A stretch of 59,552 nt of DNA, the filler included, from Blastocystis sp. subtype 4 (lineage: Eukaryota): the NCBI RefSeq assembly GCF_000743755.1. It is 2 parts of 2 records of this genome, joined end to end, with 100 filler letters (N's around TTAATTAATTAA, not from the genome) between each part and the next. Parts side by side here need not be neighbours in the genome. Positions count along the whole stretch, not along the records: positions 29,846 to 59,552 come from NW_014569424.1; 1 more part is not named here. One strand, given 5' to 3'. Positions 52,707-59,552 of this stretch are shown piece after piece. How positions within the stretch are numbered: the first letter of the stretch is position 1; each line of letters begins with the position of its first letter. The translations under genes were made by a program, and so were the position numbers. The notes under the pieces are model-generated. The model saw only the letters and a list, made by a program, of their open reading frames with translations, was not told where the DNA came from and ran no database searches.

Positions 52707-52787
52707 ACAGACAATGAAGAAATCGATATGAACATAGAATCACGGTTTTCTAATGAATCTAGCGGAGGATCCAATTAATCGTTCTAT

Positions 52788-53794
52788 ATGGAGGTGTCAT
52801 TCTCCCAGATTAAGGAAAAGGAGTCTATAGACTCTAAAAAGATCGATCCAAATATAATTGTTGTTGTTCCGGGAGAGGTTATCACAACTGAACAAGGGTT
52901 TCTAAAGTACGTTATTTCATACTATTAAGTAATTTACCAGGGGTCATGGCGTGTATGTGGAAGACAATAAGATGATTGCGAGTGTTTGCGGAGTGGTTGA
53001 ACGTGTGAACAAATTGATTTCTGTTCGACCCTACAAATCTAGATATGTTCCTAAAATTGGAGATGTTGTGATTGGTCGAGTGACCGACGTATTCATAGTT
53101 AGTTCTTCTAATCCCTTAGTTGAATGCCAAAGGATGGAAGATGGATGTTGGTGGCTATCTGGATGCATCTTTAGGAATTAACAGTATCATTCTTCCAGGA
53201 GGCGAAAATCGTCGAAGAACGGATGCTGATATTCTTCAAATGAGAAACATCTTTGTAGAATACGACTTGATTAGTGTTTGTGCTTGTTCTAGGATTTAGA
53301 CGTAGGCTGAAGTACAACAAGTCGATAAAATGGGTTCAGTAGCACTTCATACACGTTCTCCGAGATATGGAAAAGTGATTGAGGATTGATCTTTTGAGCT
53401 ATAGTTAACAAATGGTGTACTCGTTCAAGTACCTTGTGTTCTTGTAAAACGATTGAAGCAACACTTTGTGAATCTCGATTGCGGTGTTTGCTGTATTATT
53501 GGGAATAATGGGTTTATCTGGGTTCGTGATACGATGGGTATGAATGAAGTGCGGATATAAGGTCTAGAAGAGGGTGATCAGAATATCAATAATTCATCCT
53601 CTGTGGAGATTGATCGACAAAAGAAAGAATACAGTGAAAAAGTGATTGGACCTGAGGTTCGTAGGAGGATTTCTCGTGTTGTGAAGAGTATTATGGATCT
53701 GAAGTAAGAATTGGTAGACTCTCTGAGGTATAGAGAACATTGGAAATCAATATCGCCAGAGTCAATAATGACAGCATATAATTCATTGACATAG
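52788..53794 (+). CDS. EXOSC2: Exosome subunit RRP4
   Basis: VVPGEVITTEQGFLKGHG, ASVCGVVERVNKLISVRP..RYVPKIGDVVIGRV, LPGGENRRRT, IIGNNGFIW. Confidence 0.95.
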
Positions 53795-53846
53795 TGGTGT
53801 GCATTTAGTATAGTGTTTGTTAATCAGATTCTTTTCTCTCTCGAAA

Positions 53847-54768
53847 ATGAAACCTCAAATACGGTTATTACGATTAGCAAAGTAGAATACGTTACTTCGT
53901 GTCATGTGTAGTACAACGATTCATCGTCAATTGATGGTTGAAGAAGCACTTCTTCGGACAAATCAAAATAATTGGTAAGATATATTTGTTCATTGTATTG
54001 ATGTTTAGGGTTATTATGAATCAACACTTGAATCCGACGATTGTAATGGGCTTATCGGGAAAAGTAGACAAATTGATCAATGTTGAAAAGGCAAAAGAGT
54101 TGAAGTTACCTGTGATCAAGCGTTTTTCGGGTGGAGGTACTGTAGTTGTTGACCATTCGACCTTCTGTTTGACGTTAATTCTTAACAAAGTATGTAATTC
54201 TATTTATCTGTACTTTGAAGAGTGATTTTCCAAAATTGGTGTTCCCTACACCTCTGATGAATTGGAGTGGTGAATTCTATACAAAGGTGTTTAACCGAAT
54301 CAATGTTCATTCATTTGCCTTACGTGAGAATGACTATGTTTTCAATGATCAAAAGTTTGCTGGAAATGCTCAAAGTGTGCTTTCTATATATTTCTAAGAT
54401 GGTAGGCTTCTCGATTGATCGTATGCTTCATCATACATCCTTTCTCTGGGATTATGACGATGACATGATGTCTTCATTAAAGGTTACATAATGATGGATA
54501 TGTAATCTGTAGCATCCAGAAAAGCAGCCAAAATATCGAGAACAGCGAGAACATACTTCGTTCCTGACTCGAATGAAGGATCATGTATCATCAAAAGAAG
54601 CATTTTTGAAAGCATTCCTTGTAATGAAGAGTGAAGTGATTGATTGGTTGTAGGATGAGATAGCTGAAGAGTTTGATGTGATCGAAGCACCTTCCAATAT
54701 GGATTTTGATAAGATGATTGAGGCGAATCCAAGGAAACTGACAAGGGTGATTGATTTGAGTGATTATT
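53847..54768 (+). CDS. Lipoate-protein ligase/lipoyltransferase (BPL_LplA family)
   Basis: QLMVEEALLR, PVIKRFSGGGTVVVD, KFAGNAQ, MLHHTSFLWDY. Confidence 0.88.
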
Positions 54769-54833
54769 TTTGTGTTTGTTGATCTAAGTTTGCTATTAAT
54801 CAACCAGATCAATTCTTTCTTAACAAACATCAC

Positions 54834-55576
54834 AAAAGAGCTTGTGGTTGGTGTAGTACTCAATACCATAAGGACTGATACAACCCGAATGAGGCATCTC
54901 ACGCATCACTTCATCAAAGTCAAATCCATTTCCCACAATGAAGGAGTCAGGAATAATAAAACCACAATAATTACTCTTGAAACCACAACTCAAAGGAGTA
55001 TCCTTCTCACATAGTACACATGTCTACAAATTAATCCAGGAAAGGACGAGTACAACACACGATTTGGCACCATGTGATTGGATAAGAGGAACCAATGCTT
55101 GCATTGTCCTTCCCGTATCAATAATATCTTCAACAATGATCACATTACGTCCTTTCAATGTGTCCAGATCAATTCCATCCACTCTTACTACAAATCAAGT
55201 TATACAAGATTGAGAACCATTTCCAGTGGACTCAGTACCACTATAACTCTTTACCTTCACAAAATCATAACTAAACACCATTCCAAACTGTCGCATTGCC
55301 TGAGTCAATGCAGTAAAAAATACATGAGCTCCCTTGAGGACACAAAGAAGGTGAACTGGTTCTCCCGCATAATCCTGGGAAATGTCATAAGCCAGTTTTT
55401 CACTCCGATCTTCTAGTAATCCATTTGATAAGATAATTCCATCCAATTTATCCTAGAATGAATGCCACCAGACCTAATCGTACTCGATACTCTTCCTGAA
55501 TGGAAACACTCTCCACTGAAATAAGATTATCTATTGTGAGAGTTACAATCCCTTCTCTTTCATGTTTGTGATTCAT
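54834..55576 (-). CDS. HPRT: Hypoxanthine-guanine phosphoribosyltransferase
   Basis: LLCVLKGAHVFF, DFVKVKSY, VIIVEDIIDTGRTM (PRPP loop), FIVGNGFDFDEVMREMPH. Confidence 0.93.
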
Positions 55577-55612
55577 GATACCAAATGATTGTCGATTCAC
55601 AACAAACAATAC

Positions 55613-56700
55613 ACAAAATACGATCAAACAACCCCTTAGCATTCCAAGTTTTCCCAACCATATCCTCGGCACTCGTTCGAATAATCTCCTTGCTAATACT
55701 GTCTCTCAATGCTCGTTCCTTTTGCTTCTGCTCCTCCTCTAAATTCTTTTTCCTCCGCTCTTCTTCTTCAGCCTGCTTTAGTGTATTTGTAATTGATTCC
55801 ATTGCTTTTGAACTCGTACTTAAAACCACTGGTTTGATTACAGAGCGAGGCCTTCGTAACATTCTTCGAATCTCTTTGTCATCTCCTCCCAATTCGTATA
55901 ATAAATCTGTTGTTGCTTTACATTCCTATTCTTCAGAACATCATTCAATCATACTTCAATCGTTTTCAATAGTACTTCGGTTCTTCTTTTCTTCCAATCA
56001 TGAACAGACTCTAATATTGATCGAAGGGCAGTTCTCTTCTCTACAACAGCATTTAAATGACTTTCCAAATCCATCACTGGTTCCATGGCACGATACAAAA
56101 TATCGCTTGTTTGTTCTGTATCTTCTTCTAAAAGCGATAATTGAGATTGAAAGTTCTGTGTGGATGTCACCCAGGAAGGCAACACATCAATCTTCCTCTC
56201 ACATACTCGAATAGCCTTTTCTTCATCTTCTGCGGCTAGTCCCGTTTGGATCACACTGTCGATCAATCGCAACCGCTGTTCGTCTCCTGAATCATCTTCC
56301 ACCGGTTCTTCTTGCTCTTGTACAGCTAAATCTTCAGCACTGTCCACACTGTTCACTTCAGGAACAACTTCATCATACGAAGGTTCTACGGAACTATGAT
56401 CACTGAGAGATTCATGGTCACTTGGAAGAGGATTAAGGCGATACCGACGATCCGAATTATGGTGATAATCGTCGAGTGCAGCATCAATCGTTCTTTCAGC
56501 TTCTCGCGCCTGGTACTCGTTAATCACACGTCTTTCAACCCAGACACTGACAAGACGTTGAACTTTGGATAAGAGAGAAGGGACATCACGAATAACGGCA
56601 TACAGAAATATATTCAGCTTCTACTGTTTAAATAAAATCGTTGTACTACTTCTAGGAACCGAGAAGACAACAGACTTCCTCGATACACTTGAATGACATC
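55613..56700 (-). CDS. Hypothetical acidic/coiled-coil protein; start uncertain
   Basis: Two long exon ORFs (55949-56527 and 55613-55892) with charged composition. Confidence 0.55.
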
Positions 56701-56806
56701 ATTTAATACATATCTAGAAGTCATCAAAATCATTTAAAATAACAGAAACAAGATTTTGCGATCGCCAAAACACTCTGATAACTGTTCTTCCCAGATCTAC
56801 TTATAA

Positions 56807-57729
56807 TGTCCATTTAATCTATATATACCGATACAATTTCGTCTACATTTTGAGGAAAGGATCCCATATATCTCGAAACAGCTGTAATACTATCTTCTAC
56901 AATAAGGAATCATTCAAAAGAACACCAACGAGTAGGATTCATGTCCCATAGCATTCGAAGCAAAACATTTCGATCCAGACGACTCATCGTTAGCTTCTTT
57001 ACCTCTTCTCCAAGAATGTCAAAAGAACCGTGATTTGTCGTCTAGAATAATCTCATTCATTTTGATTTGATTCATCTCATAGTATTGTCTTTTTATCTAT
57101 TTTACATTTTCGTTCCATATCCGTGATCAGGATAGATGAACGAATAATGATGCAGTCTGAGTGTTTGATTGACCACTCTATTGATTCAAGTCAACGAAAC
57201 ACGGACCAATCAACGGAATCCCTTCAGCATGAGATTACTTGTTTGAAAGAAACATTGGATAGTCTTCGAAGAGACTGTTCATCTCTTCGATGTGCACTAA
57301 TTACGAACCAAAGGACGAATCCATTTGAAGTATTGGGTGATTCTTCTTTTGTTGCGTTGGAGCTACGATCAAGACAGGCAAATGCGTCCATTCGAGTAGA
57401 TTCTCCAGAATATATGTCAACGATGGCTGAAAGGATAGCTCATCTGAAGGAAGAACGAGATTCACTTCAGAAACATGTAACAGAGCTTACAGAAGATAAT
57501 AATGAAGTGTACGAGACTCTCAGAAGAGTTACAGAAGAAAAGGAGCGCTTACGCTGCCAACTCGATGACCTAAAGGAAGAGTTGGATACATGCAAGACTG
57601 TTACCCAGTTTCTGGAACTGGAGGGGAATCAACTGAAGAATGAAGTGATGCAGCAAGACAAAACGTTGGAGAAATACCGACAAATCTATTCTACTATGCG
57701 GAGTCAGTCGGAAAAAGATATAAATACAT
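56807..57729 (+). CDS. Hypothetical coiled-coil protein; start uncertain
   Basis: ORF from 57123 with heptad-like LKEERDSLQKHVTELTE..LRCQLDDLKEELD. Confidence 0.55.
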
Positions 57730-57797
57730 CACTTGTTTATTTACAAACAACCTCAATCAATCAAAAGCTCCCCTCAACGACTTGAACCCAAATCTGC

Positions 57798-58230
57798 TTA
57801 GTAGAAGAAACCAATGACCTTTCCACCCACATGCTTGCGCTTAGCCTCCTCGTGGTCCATAATTCCCATCGAAGTGGTCAACACAATATGTCCGAACTGA
57901 CGGCAAGGAAGGAGGTTGCGAGTCCACATCTCAATTTCGTTCACCTTGATATCGAAGCGGGGAGAGATGCAACCACACTTGTTCAGACGACCATTCAGAT
58001 CCACAACTACCTTTCCAGAACGATGATCATCGATAACAGTGATTTCACCAATGTATCCTATTCCATCAATTTCTCATCCCATTACTCACCCTTCTTCTGC
58101 ATGCACTGAAGGAACTTCAGAAGCACCTTGGAGCAAGGACGAACGAGAACCTGACGCTTACCACGCTTCTCAGCGTTGTCTCAGCGTTGGTAATGGTCTT
58201 AAGAGCGTTGGCGAGGACATTCATCAACAT
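57798..58230 (-). CDS. RPS15A: 40S ribosomal protein S15a (uS8); apparent 11-bp duplication in exon 1
   Basis: [17 protein letters not shown] / [15 protein letters not shown] and [44 protein letters not shown]. Confidence 0.95.
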
Positions 58231-58704
58231 GGTTGTTCTAAAAGACAGTTAGAGGTACATTCCAAGAATGCAAATTCTATGCTCCATGATCAATTCAGAA
58301 CAATTATAAGCCAGTTTCAATACATACCTAGAGTTCGATTAAGAAAATGAAAAGAAATATGAAAAACAAGTGGCTCCGAGGAAGACTGATCGAGGGATCA
58401 AAAAGCAGGAAATATTACTTGAATTTTGAAATCCGATCGAAGCGTCATCGAGGAATGCAACCTCAATTCTACTTCTTTCAAATTAACTTGGAATCATTCG
58501 CTACATGCAATGAATATCATTATTACCACATATGCAGTGATAGAAACCAAAATACGTCTTATGTCCATAATAGTCTGTATACATCATCTGTAATCGACTA
58601 AAACCATCGTAAGAGAATAGGATATCACAGAACAAATACACATTATTCCCGTGGATTTCTCGCCTTTATCGGATTGTCTATTTTCTCCTTGAATTTCAAG
58701 TCAA

Positions 58705-59366
58705 ATGGCTTCCACTTCTGTTTATGATACAAAGGACTGCCCTCCTCTTGTTTGTACGTTTTTTTGTGGACAATCAGTGTATAGTATGTGGACCTAGTGG
58801 AGTTGGTAAGAGTACGTTAATCAAAATGTTGATGACTGAATTTCCTAATTCCTTTGGATTCAGTGTGAGTCATACTACGCGTGCACCCCGAGGTCAAGAA
58901 GTAGATGGTGTAGGAAGTATTTGATTGTAATTAGAATAGGTTGACTACTATTTCACGAAAAAGGAAGATATGGAAAAGGAGATTGCAGAGGGAAAGTTCA
59001 TTGAGCATGCTAACGTTCATGGGAACATTTACGGTACCTCCTTTGAGAGCGTAATGAGAGTTGTGAACAATCACAAGATTTGTATTCTTGACATTGATGT
59101 TCAAGGTGTTCAACAGGTAATGAAGTCAGGAATGAAGGCGGAATTTGTTTTCATCAAGCCCCCGACCTTTGAGGAATTGGCTCGTCGTCTGCGTGGTCGT
59201 GGTACGGATGCCCCTGAAGCGATCGAATTGCGTTTGAAGAATTGCCAGCATGAACTTGAAATGGCAGAGACTCTTGGCTTCACTCATGTCATTGTGAACA
59301 ACAACTTGGAAGAGGCCTACCAGCAGCTGAGAGCCATTGTGTTACCTACGATAGAGAAGATGAACT
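58705..59366 (+). CDS. GUK1: Guanylate kinase
   Basis: P-loop [46 protein letters not shown]. Confidence 0.95.
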
Positions 59367-59552
59367 CTTATGTTTGTTGATACTTATTAGATATGAATCA
59401 ATTAACAAATGGATTCCAAGTGTGTTCTTCGCATGAATACTTATGAAGTTCATCCATACCTTCGCTCCCATGAAAAACTGTTTGGGTCAAACAAACACAT
59501 TTGGACAAGTCGATTTACTCCGAACAAGTACTCACTTAGGCTCTGACATCCC

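Noticed and set aside
59361..59380. C-terminal SYVC / SVC / VCC tails as prenylation or lipidation signals
   Set aside because: They are translations of the TGTTTGTT element beyond the predicted cleavage site.
1..59552. Fragmented ORFs as pseudogenes or an alternative genetic code
   Set aside because: Breaks coincide with about 30-nt GT-AG introns. Spliced frames read with the standard code, and TAA, TAG and TGA all occur as true stops.
1..59552. tRNA, rRNA, snoRNA or transposon sequences
   Set aside because: None recognised by eye. tRNAscan-SE and Infernal/Rfam would be needed to exclude small RNAs.

Overview
A very compact, AT-rich eukaryotic nuclear segment with about 40 intron-rich protein genes on both strands. 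Introns are mostly about 30-nt GT-AG and intergenic gaps are often under 100 nt. Nearly every 3' end carries a TGTTTGTT-type element. These traits match Blastocystis (inferred, not searched). Recognisable genes: OSBP, NAGLU (GH89), BET3, HGSNAT, eIF2B-epsilon, ETF-beta, CDC50, an amino-acid permease, G3BP-like, RRP36, PIG-X-like, CorA, MFAP1, cyclophilin H, V-ATPase B (5' end), RPS18 (3' end), DNAJC21, a FAAL-carrier protein, MORN/LRR, CNOT11, RAB5IF, LARP4, paladin, RPL39, archease, RAD21/REC8, RRP4, lipoate ligase, HPRT, RPS15A and guanylate kinase. The dominant signal is that about 14 genes have no genomic stop at their expected C-terminus. Their frame ends in T, TA or TG exactly 4 nt before the GU-rich element, so poly(A) addition would complete UAA/UGA. 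This mechanism is already described for Blastocystis. Less expected items: palindromic shared terminators between convergent genes, an in-frame MFAP1-to-cyclophilin H readthrough, a membrane-anchored degenerate TRF4-like nucleotidyltransferase, a NAGLU/HGSNAT neighbourhood, a FAAL-ACP protein with an unexplained C-terminal half, and a His-depleted Cu/Zn-SOD-like surface protein. There is one artificial scaffold linker at 29.7-29.8 kb. All calls come from manual reading, and exon boundaries and some starts are approximate.
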